A stretch of DNA of 64,000 bases, taken from contig NW_020844728.1 of the NCBI RefSeq assembly GCF_003704095.1, positions 62,001 to 126,000 on the forward strand. The letters run 5' to 3'. The notes beneath the pieces are model-generated. The model was not told the origin of the DNA, did not search any database, and saw only the letters and a program-made list of their open reading frames with translations. Each line of letters begins with the position of its first letter. Positions within the stretch are counted from its first letter, which is position 1. Position numbers and translations under genes: made by a program. This DNA comes from Pocillopora damicornis. Taxonomy: Eukaryota. Shown here in pieces: positions 51,174 to 64,000 of this stretch.

Positions 51174-54100
51174 ATGGAGGCTTCTCTGGTAAGACCTACA
51201 GTAGATTTCGTCAATCGAGAAATAATTTATTGTATTCATGGGAATTGATTGAATGTTTCAGTAATTACCAACCCTTACGTATGTTGAATTTTTTATTTTA
51301 TCTAATTTGAAGGAGGCCTTGAAATCGATGTTCGAACCAGATTTGGTGAAAAAGACGCTCTCTTTGATGCAAGTTTATGTGAGAAACATAGTGAAAGACC
51401 CAAGCAATCAGAAATACAGGAAAATTAGAATAAGTTAGTAAGCATCGATTATGAACCGAACTCCATTGATATTTGACTTGTTATGCTTAGTTTTACGTCA
51501 GTTTCACTTGCATGTTTATTGTAGCACATGTGATGATGTTTTGTTGTCAAATATCAGGTAACCCCAAGTTCAATGCCACCATCTGGCAAGTGGAACAAGC
51601 CAGGACGTTTTTACTGTTTGCAGGGTTTGAACAGGTTCAGTTAGTTTTAAATTATAAGGTTTATATACACTAACTTTTTGTAATAAACACACTGTATATT
51701 TACTTTGAGATTTACAATGTATGTACAATGTACTGTGGGCATTTAAAAATGCACTCAGTGAACCCTACCTAGCTTTGCACCTGGAATAACAAATGCTTAC
51801 TTGTGTCTTCCCTATAATTTCTCAGGAGAAATTTTCCATGTATAATAATGAAAATGATTACTTCACTTTCTGCATCAATCAAAAGGATGACTGTAGGAGA
51901 TAAAATTAAACATGGGAAAATGGAGTCAAGTATTGGCAAAGTAAACCAACCATGCTGATGTTTACATATACCTGAGGGTTAATCTACATAATTCTTGAAC
52001 AAGTGTTTAATTCAATAATCACTTGATTGATAAACTCCACAAACCATATACTAGTAATCTTAATCAATACATGCATTATCATGGCACAACATCACACCTT
52101 TTCCAGCTTCTCATTACAAAATTATGACACTAGACATGTTCTGAGATTTTGAAAAGTAACCTACCAGTAACCTTCATGTTCAAATCATATTCAAATGAGC
52201 TTAAATTTGGCCATAGATGCTGCTCCTTTTGAAAAAAAAAAAGATCACAATTCAACTTATGAATGCCTCTTTGTGTAACTGATCAAACAGATTGCTTTAA
52301 AGAGTTGGGAAAAAATAGCAAGACTCTGTTACATATACATGTACCCCAAAGACAAGCAGTCAGGTAGCTTGATAAGTTTAAAGTGGCAGCATATTAAGAA
52401 TAAGTTTAAAGTGGCAGCATATCAAGAATAAGTTTAAAGTGGCAGCATATCAAGAATAAGTTTAAAGTGGCAGCATATTAAGAATAAGTTTAAAGTGGCA
52501 GCATATTAAGAATAAGTTTAAAGTGGCAGCATATTAAGAATAATTTTTGTTGCACTAATAGACAATCTTCAAAAGTTTAGGAAACTCTTTGGAGTCTCAA
52601 AACAGGATCATTTTCATAATCTCAACAGTTTTCATTTGGGCAGATAAAGACTTCATTGTTTGAAAAGCCTACTTCTCCTATAAAGCAAAGGTTACAAAAC
52701 TATGAAACATGGCCTAATTTGAATTTAATTTGATGAGACTACTTTAATTTCATTAGCTTTTGGTGTAGCCATCAGACATAAAATGTATTGTTATATCAAG
52801 CAGTTGATGGAGGAGTTCCAATAAGAGCCTTACATGGCATAACAAATAGCCCTTATTGCCATCTGTTGAGATTTCATTTTATATAGATTTGCCTTGCCCC
52901 TTTGGTTGTTGTAGTGGCATATTCCACCACAGGTAATCATTTGAAGTGTGAAAAACCTTGTTGAAACTCAGGTGTTGATAAGCCCCTCTGTTTTGCAACT
53001 AGCTTCCAAAATATGATTTTTTTAGTGGTTAATGAATTTCTTTTTGTATCTATGCCATAATGTCTCTTTAGGAAGGGGATTTTCTGTTTCTACCCTCTTC
53101 TATAAAACTTGATGGAGCCAAACTGTTGATTGATGAAGCTCTTGGTATTTTACCATCAAGTCAAACACTCTCAGTTACTGGTAACTCCCCTGCTGCCACT
53201 CAACCCAGCGGTGTGCTCAAGCTTAATAAACAGAAAGGTGAGTAAAAGGCACTGAATATGAGTTACACCAGGAATAATCTGTATGGTTCCTATATTTATG
53301 AGGTCATGAAATTACATAGAATAATGACATGCATCAATACAAAAAAGCTCTGTGGTTCCAACTGTCAACACGTGTGTGATAATTAATATATTTTGATTTC
53401 TAATACCTTTCAATTTATCAGACTCAAGCTTGTTTGATCAAGATGTCAAGGCAGATCTCACCTTGCTGTCCTACATGAAGGAAATGGGTAATTATACAAT
53501 AGCTTTTCAAAGTGCTCTTACAGTGTACTTTTTTGAATTAATACAGTAGAACCCTGCTGACTTAAACTCCTAAGGGCAATGGAAATTGGTTCAAGCTGGG
53601 TTTCTGCTTACTGGGTTGGTGTTGAAATTCAAGTATTTTGGTAATAATTAATAAGGAATCATGTGTTTACTATTTTTGTCCAATCAACAGTCATTTTTAT
53701 CCAATTATTTTGTTTCACAAGAGCTTTTTTACAAGAATGTTTAGTTTGGGAGGTTCATTGAACTTTTTCTGAAATGTTATCATGTTTATGTCAATTGTGA
53801 TCAATCAGCTATGCTCTGACACTTTGACATTTGTAAACTGACCTTTTTAGGTAAAGTTTTAGCTACATGCTAAATTTGAGCCAAGGCAAAGTTAAGTTTG
53901 AGTCAATAGGTAGTTCAAGTTAACTGAACTGCAGTTAACTGCAGTTACCCGTTCTGTATTTACCAATGAAAAACAACAATAATGTCCACGAATAATATTT
54001 TCATTAAGTCTCATGGCTTGTACTTGCAGGTTATGATGTCGGTGTAGCAGAAAGAGCTCTTATTGTTACAAAAAACAGTGGAATTCAGCCTGCTATAGAT

Positions 54101-57100
54101 TGGTAGGTGCTAATAATTTGGCACGAAAGTTTTCACTTAAACAAGAGCTAAAATTAAGGAACAGTATAACAGACATTCTGAAAACAAAAACACAATATCT
54201 TTTTTACTAGCTTGTTGTTAACACTATAGGATAAACCAGAACCCTGATAAAGCAAGGGCACCTCTCAGGAATTCAGGGGCTAATGTTCCACAGGATAACT
54301 CAGAGATTAACAGACAGGAACCACTTTCTTGCAACTTATCATTTGTAGTAAGTCACTTGCGCATACTTTTATACTTTTTTCTACATTGTATTCTAATGTC
54401 AAGTCTACCCAGTATTTTCTGCCAATCATTTACAGAGGACTTTCATCACTGATGACCACTTATGCAATATTATATTTTTACAGTCAGCACCAGTTCTATC
54501 TAGATTCCAAAAGACAATAGATGAAAGGCATAAATTCCAGGAAAAACTCAGACTGGAAGCAATTGAGGAGGCAAAGTATGGAAACTAAGTGTCCAATTCA
54601 ACTGTGTTGAAGTTGTTTTTCTTCCTAGAATAAACAGATGTACCCTCACACATCATTATGCATAGAGGGCCACAACTGGGTCATACTTAATATATGCATA
54701 TCAAGTTTCTGTTACAGACAATGGAACAAAGGCAAAGCAGAAGGCTTTTCTCTCACTGTCGATAGGGAAGAAAACAGTAAAAATAAAGACAATAAACTTT
54801 TCAAGTGGAATGCCATCTACTGTGAAATATTTGCCACTGCTTTCTTAAGAGTGGAACAAAGGCAAAGTAGTAAGCTTTTCTCCTATTGTTGATAGAGATG
54901 GAAATGATGAAAATGAAAGACGGTGTTTGTTTTTTTGTTTCATGTGGAATGCCATCTCCTGTACTGAAATATTTGCTTCTCACCAAACACCAAAAAGATA
55001 TCAGGGATGCAGAATAACTTTTTTTTATGTCAATAAAGTAAAAGAGGCATGCACTGTATACCATTTGCACTAAGATGGAATGTAGAAAATGAATTTATCT
55101 ATTTCTTCTAGATTAGAAAAGCAGAGAAAGAAACTTCATAAGGAATATTTATTGAAAGATTTGAAGGATGATAAAGAAGAAAAATTGGAAAAGGTGTGAT
55201 GTTTTTCCATGACAATGCACATAATGATAGTTGAAATAGTTACTTCAGAGATGCAGCACCAAAAGGTGCTTTGATTTATCTTCATCAAATGGGTGAAAAT
55301 TTGCATATGGTTGAATAAAATTTTTAACACATGATGCACTCTTCTATCATGCTTATGTATACTAAGCTATGTGCAACTGATCTGATTTTTAACACAGTGG
55401 ACATTTCCACAGCATAACTTTCTTCTACACTCAAAGTTCGAGGTGTTTTTTGTTCTCTATTTCAATTACTTTCAATTTGTTTTAGTTTTAATCCTAAGCA
55501 ATGCAATCCCTGCCTTAGAAATTCTCCCCGATGTACATGTACTTGATCTAATACATTCTAAATTAAGTTGTTCAAAAGTGCATGGGAAGTACGTAAGGTG
55601 TCTTGATGGATGGATGCTCATGTTCTCAAATTATCCCGATATATCACCTAGACAAAACAGGCAAAGCTTGCAGATAACAACCCAGGCCCATCAAATGAGC
55701 CAATTGCTGATCAGCATTGTGATTTAAGTGATTGTGTATCATCATCAATGGTGGAACTGAGAATAAGAATGCCAAACAGTCAGGTACTTTGTTAAATGAA
55801 AATCAATCGTAACTAATTATAAGTAGAGCTGAAGAAATTTAACAATAAAAGAAATAGGAATAAAAGAAAACTTGTTTTTTATTGCCATTATAACTTTTTA
55901 AATCTTCACTACAGCAGGATCAGTCCAGGTTAATAATTTTGTAATAAGTACTCCCTTCAATTAAGTGTCCTCCTTCCAATAAGCACCCCTACTTCTAGCT
56001 GAAACAAGTGCCCAGGTGCTTAATCAAGGTAATGCGGTGTTAGAAGTTTGGGTTACCGATTCAAACTGAGCTATGAAACTACAATACACACAGGAGAGAA
56101 GGTCAAGATTATGTCAAATGTGGGTAGATGTTTGGTAAAGTTTTCAGTATTGTAGAATTATTCATCTCACCATGTTATGCCCAACACACGTCATTGCATG
56201 TATGGTTGTTTTGTCAGCACCCAAGAATATTAGGTGATAATGAAGAAACATTAACAGGCTTGGTCAATGCCACCAACATTCTCATTTTACTTTTGCCTTT
56301 TTCAGGTTTTAACTGTTTGTCTCTCTGAGGATTCGACAGTTCAAGCGTTATATCAGTGAGTAACTTTCAACATCACCAAGGAACTTGTAGCAGTGACTCT
56401 GGACTTACTTTCTAAAAATTATTTTACACCCTTTGTGTTGGTTAAATCAGTTCAGAAAATTACTTATGATTTTTATCCAGAAGAAGATAAATTATTTTCA
56501 ATTGTGTTGTTTACAGAGAGGTTATAAAGCAATGGCCCACAAATGACACTGTAAACTTGGATGATATTTTCCTTATGACATCATTTCCTCAGAGAAGAAT
56601 TAACGACCTGGAAAGAACTTTACAAGAAGCAGGTACATGATCAGCTTTAGATCTACATGCCGCTATTTTCAGATAAGCAATGCGGCCTAGTAAATTGAAT
56701 AGAGAAAGTCTCTTCGGGTAAATGTTGTCCTTTGAATTGAGAAGGATGGAAATTTCTTAAGAGACAAGACAACATCGAGGAAAAGAAAACTGAGATAAAA
56801 AAAGGTAACTTAGGTACACAACACATACTGCGAGGGTTTACACTGATCACAAATGTGATGTTAATCGCAATGAAACGAAAACAAATTGTGTGCAATGAAA
56901 CTGTCAAACAACAATCAATGCTGAGAAGATTAGTCAAGTTGATAACATAACGGAGTAACCGCCTACCAAAATATGATTAAAGTAACGTTTTCAACATGAC
57001 CTGATCATGGGTTCCATATTGGAGGTACAAATTAATCGTGAGGGAGTCGAGTGCTTGCCTTGGGTAGTAACCTCGTGGCACACAACCCAGTTGTATACGG

Positions 57101-57463
57101 AATTTTCTGCGGATGAATTTTTCCTTTTCAGAGTTTTATTTGACATTTCTTTTTATTTCTAAACGCAGTAGTTAGGGAATCTCATTCTTGTGCTGTTCAT
57201 AGGCCAGGTCACTTAAAAAAATTGTTTTGGTATGGATTCTCTTAAATTTAGGACTTGTAGAAAACTTATATCCTTTGGCATTACCAGAAGCATATGACGT
57301 AGGTTATACGCTCCTTGAAGTACTTATCGGAAATGAATTGTTCGTCAGAGTTTTGGGAATGAAATGTATGATTGGACCTGATTTGTAGGTTTGGTGCCTC
57401 GTGCAACTGTTGTGGTACAGAGAACAGATCAACAAGGCGTTGTTGTTCAGGGAGAGGGAGCAG
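51174..57463 (+). CDS. PUB-UBA-coiled-coil-UBX domain protein (p97/VCP cofactor, UBXN1/UBXN6-related); 3' end unresolved
   Basis: In-frame exons: 51174-51188, 51313-51433, 51558-51634 (PUB: YVRNIVKDPSNQKYRKIRISNPKF...FLLFAGF), 53072-53237, 53422-53487, 54030-54102 (UBA: MKEMGYDVGVAERALIVTKNSGIQPAIDW), 54230-54347, 54484-54575, 55112-55193 (E/K-rich coil), 55661-55783, 56306-56355, 56517-56632, 57389-57463 (UBX: VELRIRMPNSQ...TSFPQRR...TLQEAGLVPRATVVV). It ends either by reading through to TAA at 57534 or via a last exon such as 58346-58389. Confidence 0.8.
52372..52543. repeat. 28-bp minisatellite, 6 copies
   Basis: Unit ATAAGTTTAAAGTGGCAGCATAT(T/C)AAGA repeated head-to-tail without spacers, in an intron of the PUB-UBA-UBX gene. 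Confidence 0.9.
54722..54980. repeat. Degenerate ~130-bp tandem duplication (intronic)
   Basis: tggaacaaaggcaaag..ag..gcttttctc...gatag...gtggaatgccatct.ctgt...gaaatatttgc occurs twice, at about 54722 and 54852. Confidence 0.6.
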
Positions 57464-60400
57464 GTAAAACCAGCGTCCTTTTTAATAAACTGTTGTCCAT
57501 ACTTGCCATACTTCACCCACGAATTCAAACGTAAGATGAAAGGCTAAAGTTCTTTATTCTTGTTTTTTTTGTTTTTTTTTAAAGAAGCATAACCAGTTCA
57601 TCCAGTTCAGAATACTGTCACGACCTGACAGAATGAGGATGTTTTCTACGCAGCTTAAGTTATAAACTGAAATAATCCTTTACCACCCGATGTAAAAAAC
57701 TTGTTACCCATACATCCTTAGGTCGACTTCTTCTCACTGCTCCATAGTCTCTGCATTATTAAGTTTTAAACCATAAGCTCATGACCTAGGTTATAAGCTA
57801 CTGATTAAACTAGTTGCGCCCTTCGCGGATACGAGAGCGATCCCAGTATGTAGTATCAAACATCCACCTGTGTGTATGGGCCATGAGGGCCTGTTTTCAG
57901 GGACTGTGAATGACGTTTCGATATGAGAGAAAGTCTTTCTTAGAATATCTATTGTACCTTGTCATTTGTTTCTATCGTAGTGTGCGGTATACGAAATATC
58001 ACGAAACTCGACGACTGGCAATCAGTACTGAGTGAGCGGGACAAACTAATTGTTGTTCAGTTTTATGCCAGTTGGTAAGCTGACCGACCCATTTGGTCAC
58101 TTTTCATTAGGGTAACACAAGAAAAGAGCATCCACTTATAATCCATTTTTTCCATGTAAAGCTACTGAACCGGGATCTTTTTAGTCATTGTACTTTGTTG
58201 CAGCAAATTGCTTACTTCTGTCGTTGCTAGGGCCTCTTTAAACTTTTCCTTTGTGACAAAAGTCCACTTAGTTCACCTTTCGTTTTACTTTGAGAATTGC
58301 GCTTTTTAAAGTAGAAAGTTAAAACAACATTGTATTTTATTGCAGGTGTTCATTATGTAGGTCCGTTTCAGACTCATTCGATTCATTAAACGCAAAATAT
58401 GGAATGAACAGACAAGTTGTATTTGTGCGGGTTAACGTCGAACAGTTGAAGGTTGGTGACATCACCAAATGTAATATTACTCTAATTGGCTGGTAGAAAT
58501 GTCAAGTGTTGGTTTAGCGCCTGGTATATCATTCTGATTATCTCATCTTGGAAGTCAAGTCTCTCTAGAGTCCTAGTCGGTGATATTTCAAACTTTTCGT
58601 AGAGAGTAAATACTTTTTGGCAAATACGTGTGGCAAATCTAGGTTTCTGTTTATCTCATTTGTTGTATTTCTGTGACTGACGCTTACTAAACGTCTAGTA
58701 AAGACTAATTATACGTGAATGTATCTCCCTTTTACTCTGATGTGGTTATTGACAGGTGCTAAAATACCAACAGAGAGTCACGTCACTGCCGACTTTTAAA
58801 CTCGTTTGGAACGCACAGGTATTTGATATATTAGCTGATGATTGGATAATATTTTGAAGTCTTTTTACCAGACTTCTTTCCATTCCATGGACTTGTCGTG
58901 GGATAATTTCCTTGAAACGAAAAGAATTACTTCTTTTTTATGTGTTACTTAGACTGTAGCTCATGTAGAAGGAACAAATATGGATGATTTGAGGCAAGAA
59001 ATCGAGAAAAACATGAGGGGGCCAAGTGACACGATCCCACAAGAAGAGCCATCGCTGATTGATTTGAACCATGACCCGAGATGATAGATGGGTGAGGTCT
59101 GGCCTTAATAGTATGATTATTTCCTTTATAAGAAGGTTTTTTGCTCGCGATTGAAAGTATACTTGGCCACCAGTTGATGGAGAAAGTAGAAATAAGTTTA
59201 AACGCGGACTCAAGAAAGAGAAATGGATATCCATAAGATATTGAGCAAATGTTCTAATATTGTTTTATTACCTAATTAACATGGATATGATTTAAAAGTA
59301 TATTTTAGTTTTTTATTAAGATGGGTGAAAGACAATAGCATATTATTGGTAACAAGTCAGTGTTATGACAGACTTACGAAGTCCATTTGTTTGTAAGTAT
59401 TGTTAATGTTTCCGAGCGTTTACCTTAGTTCATCTATATGTTGTTGAATAAAAAGTCGGAGTTTTAAAAAACTGCATTGTCCCGTGATTGTGTGACCTAC
59501 ACGTATGAGGCAGTGCATCTGCTGAAATCGGAGCCGCCCACCAGACAAAACACCATTTGAGAAGTTCTTTAACACAGGCAAACCTTGTAGGGACTTTGCC
59601 GAGATATTTTTTCGAATAACTCTCTTTTACATCTATTTAGTTTCAAGTTATTTGTTATATTTATTTTCTAAATCTCCAGTAATCCAGTAGTAACCTACAA
59701 CACCGTGAAGTATTTCCAGTTGTACTCCAAAAATCTGCAAGCATGCAAAATTACTGAAATACCAATACTTTGAACATGGCTTGTAACCAACGCCGTTCGA
59801 TGTCCCGTTCGCATCGCCGGTCAATGATTGTGTTGAGATTTCCTCAGTCACTGTTTTGGTCGACTTCTGATTCCGGAAGTGAAATGAAATATATTTTGGT
59901 TTCATTGCACGGGTGGCGATAGCCTTTTTAGATGCTCTTTTATACCGTAACTCATCAAATAGATGTTAGGGACGACCATTTAATTTTTAGAGCCAATGCG
60001 ATTAATAGACAGAAGGCTTTTAAAATAGAAAGGCTCGAGAAACCTCTCATCAGTTTGGCGTAAAATCAAGAGTTGATAAAAAGCAGACTATCCAATCCAT
60101 TCGTCTGTACGTCAAGGCTGTTCCAAGCTGTTCTTTCAAATCTCAATCGTCCTGAGTCATTGTTTTATCCTTAGCCTCTTCGATGTCCGAGTCAGTAATT
60201 ACTTGGAAAGTGTTTGAAAGTTTTGACTCATTTAGCACGGATTGTTGTGTCTCTAGCTGAGATCGAGAAGGCCGAAGACCGCTACCCTTACTTTGACCAT
60301 GATATTGAGCAAGATGCAAACCCCAAGGCATTTTATATCTATCAAGAAACAGAATAAATTGACTAATTCCGCTCCATTTCGCTAGTAGGAGTAATGTTAA

Positions 60401-62173
60401 GGAGGGTGTCTTTAAGCAGAGAGGAGTGTCTAATACAATCAATGCAGCGTGGGGGCCTTTTCTTAGAAAAAAGTTGTGTACTTGACGGAGGTCTATTAGA
60501 TCATGTACTGTATTTAAAAGTAATTGAACAAGCTGCCGTTACCTTTTTGAACGGGAAGGATATCGATCGATTCCTGACTGGCCTTGAAACTGGGCTGAAT
60601 AGTTCATGAGAAATGATATCTCGTTAAAGGAGCCGAATGCAAAATCATCGAATTTCTGAGATATATTTATGTATACAAGAGATTATAAACAGTTTATGTT
60701 ATCTTGTATATATGAAATGAACCAGCGAATTTGACACTTAAGGGCGTTAGTCCTTCAAGCCGTGTGAAGGGTCGCGAGTTTTGTGTAATCAAATTGCGCG
60801 ACGCATGTCACAAACAACTCAGCTATCCTAAATGTTTGATTAGAGCGTTGCTATATGTTACACAAATGCTTATTACAAGTACGTAAGGTAGCTCTTGGAG
60901 CTATTGATGCCTTCTAGTTTCTCTTAGTTTCAATCATTGAAGGAGTTAGATTTACTTTTTTCATTAGAAAGTATCTCAAAAGCCTTTATCAACCTCTTCT
61001 TAAGATTCCCTCGGTGTAGGTATGAGGTAAATCGAAGAAAAGTGTAGAGGGTAGATCTTGGACCTCTACGTTAAGTTTTTCTACTAAACCAATGCGTTCT
61101 AAAACTCTAACTATTGACAATCCTACAAAGACTTGGTTGCCCTGAGAGGCTCGAAGTGATCATCAGGTCTTGACTCGAAGACGTGCCTTAAGGGATAGCT
61201 GTATCATCCACAGTTACTTGTTTCTAATGGAATCTACCAAAGTTGTGCTGTATTTCTGCCCCATCTCTCGCTTTCTATAGTACCGTGCTGGAGGATGCTT
61301 TCACCACTTAACATCACAGTAGTCTCAACTGATCCTTGGTCAAAATCAAGTAAAAAGGTCTTGAAGGAAGTTTGAAGTTGATATTTGCCAAAGATTTATC
61401 ACCAAGTGACTTGCCGTGGTGCCAGTGATGATCCTGGATGTTTGTAATATGAGTCGAATTAATCATTTTTTCTCTGAAATGAGCGGAGACTGCGCTGGTA
61501 TAGGACCAAAAAGAAGGTCCTTGTGGTTTTACTCCGAAATGTCACAAAATAACACAGCTTTTAAAACAGTATCCAAATAAATGACAAATCACCGTCGTCC
61601 ACCAGCCACTGTGGCTCCTATGGCATTAGTTCCGGTCCGCACCATCGTTAGCAGACGCTAGGGAAGATGAGACGAAAAGAGAGTTAAACCACGTGACAAT
61701 TTGGTGGCCTTCATCAATATACTGTATTTCAACCTTTAGGTATTCAATGGATTACCGTCCAATTTGGGAATTTTTGACCAAAGATTCGCTGGAGTCGTTC
61801 TAGTATTTGTTAAATCTACGATAAATTTCTAGAACGACAAGACTTACTTCTTCATTGAAAATTACAGACATAGCAACCCACTTCACCTTACTTGGAGATG
61901 ACCTTCAGAGATTGTGAAAAATCACTGTATAAACCGCATTACGTTGTAAGTCAACCTACTCTTGTTTATTGTCCAAGTGCGGTCAATGCATTGCAGTTTT
62001 GATGTGATAAAAAAAATTTTTTTTTGACAATGGCGCAGCTGTATCTTAAGCCGGGCACTCCCCTGGATCGCTGCAATCAAACACTTAGATAACTTGGTGA
62101 CGATTTACATAAACAAGCACAGTTTATTGCTGTGGACAAACCCTGCATAAATACTCCGGAGCTAGGAAACGAA

Positions 62174-62674
62174 ATGTCGCTCCCTCAAGTAAAATCTGCT
62201 GAGAATCGAAATAGATTATCCGCCTTCAAACCCGTTTACTCGAAAAAGCAGATGTCCTTTGCACTCGTAGCCGTTCAGTCAGGGTATAATTTTCACGCAA
62301 GAGGATGTAATCGACAGAAGTCCCCTCTCTCAGCGCTGGAGGATTTTGTAGCCAACTACTTCACTGAAGAGTCTGTTTTAGAGGCAGATCGAGTACTATT
62401 ATCAAAAAGTCGATCGTTTAATCCGAGGCTTACCAAGAGATCAACAAATTCAACCAAAAAGTTTGTGTTCTCTGAAGTGCAGATTATGACTCTTGAAGAT
62501 AGTTTTAACTTCAAGCAGTATCTATCTCCACCTTCGCGAAAATGGCTTGCAAACTTACTAGGTGTGTCCAAACGCCAAGTCGTTACGTGGTTCCAAAATC
62601 GACGGGCAAAAGAACGCAAAAGGGCTGGAATCAAGCTACCAAAGCATGGGAAGAAGTGTGTACTGCAACAATAG
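62174..62674 (+). CDS. Intronless ANTP/NK-like homeobox protein, divergent Lbx (ladybird)-like, about 166 aa
   Basis: Homeodomain KFVFSEVQIMTLEDSFNFKQYLSPPSRKWLANLLGVSKRQVVTWFQNRRAKERK (YLSP and T47 as in Lbx). The upstream SPLSALEDFVANYF resembles the Lbx motif SPLCALEELASKTF. First ATG is at 62174, with a TATA-like cataaata about 25 bp upstream. Confidence 0.8.
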   Translation: MSLPQVKSAENRNRLSAFKPVYSKKQMSFALVAVQSGYNFHARGCNRQKSPLSALEDFVANYFTEESVLEADRVLLSKSRSFNPRLTKRSTNSTKKFVFSEVQIMTLEDSFNFKQYLSPPSRKWLANLLGVSKRQVVTWFQNRRAKERKRAGIKLPKHGKKCVLQQ

Positions 62675-64000
62675 CTTTATTTTCTTTTCTTTTTTTTATT
62701 GAGAGGATAAAAGAGATCGGCGGATACTACAGCGCACAGCTTTTAGGTAGAATTTGTACGGTACACGAACGTTCTGCGTGTGTCAACTTTTCACCCAAAA
62801 GCGTCGATTTATTTTAGCCCATCTAGACGTCGTTTACACAGCACTTTCTTTCCATTATGGTTTGACAGCAATTATGAGAAGTTATAGCTGTCTATTGTCC
62901 AATGCTAACGCGTCATCTCTTGAATTGAGTGCTGTATGGGACTTGAAATGAGAGAGAAGAACTTATTAGATGTTTTCTCTGCAAACAGTGTAATTGCTCT
63001 CTTAAAGTATGTGTATTTGTTCAGAATTTCGATTAAGTCCTAAATCGATGTTTTTCTTTCATTTACACTTTGAACTGATGATGGACCGTGTTTCAAGAGT
63101 GACCTGTAATGAAGTCACATTGGATTTGTACAAACGAGATAAATCTCAGCGACTCAAAGGCCACCCATGATTTAGCCGCATTTAACGCACGATACAAGCC
63201 TTACTGTAGATCTTTTTAAAGACAGAGCTATTAACTTTTCATTGTGCAATGGCCGATTTACGTATATATTTTATCATTCCTTTGGTTCAAGATTAAGTCG
63301 TCAACAGATGATATATCTTTAATACTACTTGCGACATGTTTATTTAAACATACAAGAGGTATTAGTGTAAGCCAAGACAGCAGGAAAATGCTACCATTCA
63401 TCTACTAATAACACTTAGGGTAAATATAAGTATCATGTTCTTGACAGCGAGGGAAGCTTTTACATAACATAACTATTGAGAACCACACAGTATTCATTAT
63501 ACCCTTATCAAGGCAATCTATTTTATCTACAGAAACGGCTTAAAAGTGAAATTCATACTTTTAATTAGTATCAGGGAGTGTTTTTTTTTTCAGAAATTGC
63601 GACAAAAAACATAGATGTAAAACTGTTTAGTCACAGAGAGATCAGTTTAAAGCTATAAGGTTTCAATTTTATACTTCTGAGAAGGAGTTGACTTGAAATG
63701 TCCAACAATTTCCAGTACGTGCTGTTCTGTTTTTGTTTTTATTAAGATGATTGGAATCAACAAATGTTTTGATAACCCTACAATATATCAACAGTACATC
63801 ACGAAATAACATTTCCAGCTATGAACACCGAAAATTCAGAATAATAAGGTACTATTATTGCTACTCTGGGAGCCCAACATAATCTTTTTTTCAGAAAATG
63901 AACAGACAATAAAACATCTTTTCTGAGCATACCAACAACACAAAACTCAAACAATACAGGCCCCTCTTTTTCGCTGCACAAAACTTTCTTGCAATCCAGC

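Noticed and set aside
52372-52543. 28-bp repeats resembling a CRISPR array
   Set aside because: Units are contiguous with no unique spacers, there are no cas genes, and it lies in a eukaryotic intron; it is a minisatellite.
59648-60609. Several 70-100 aa ORFs upstream of the homeobox gene
   Set aside because: No domain signal and no consistent splice chain.
62651-62674. KKCVLQQ as a CaaX prenylation signal on the homeobox protein
   Set aside because: The Cys is fifth from the end, not fourth.

Overview
Eukaryotic, intron-rich, AT-rich animal genomic DNA, most likely a cnidarian such as a stony coral (inferred from gene content and repeat style). Manual splicing gives six genes. (1) The 3' part of a giant ADAMTSL1/3 (punctin/MADD-4)-type matrix protein with at least 19 one-exon Ig domains, 2 TSP1 repeats and a PLAC domain (+, 317-17887). 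(2) A convergent SAXO/FAM154 axonemal MAP gene (-, 19198-24269). (3) A THSD4/ADAMTSL6-like gene (+, 35039-48214) with an apparent second signal-peptide first exon. (4) A two-exon UPF0729/C18orf32 homologue (-, 49505-51017) that the ORF track misses because codon 3 is TGA. (5) Head-to-head with it, a PUB-UBA-UBX p97 cofactor gene (+, from 51174). (6) An intronless divergent Lbx-like homeobox gene (+, 62174-62674). The most striking observation is gene 4: the in-frame UGA replaces the first Cys of the family's MVCxxC start (giving MV-U-ISC) and is followed by a perfect 10-bp hairpin. It is a candidate undescribed selenoprotein or UGA-recoding event, although I could not find a canonical SECIS by eye. 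MITE-like elements, tandem repeats and one assembly gap are also present.
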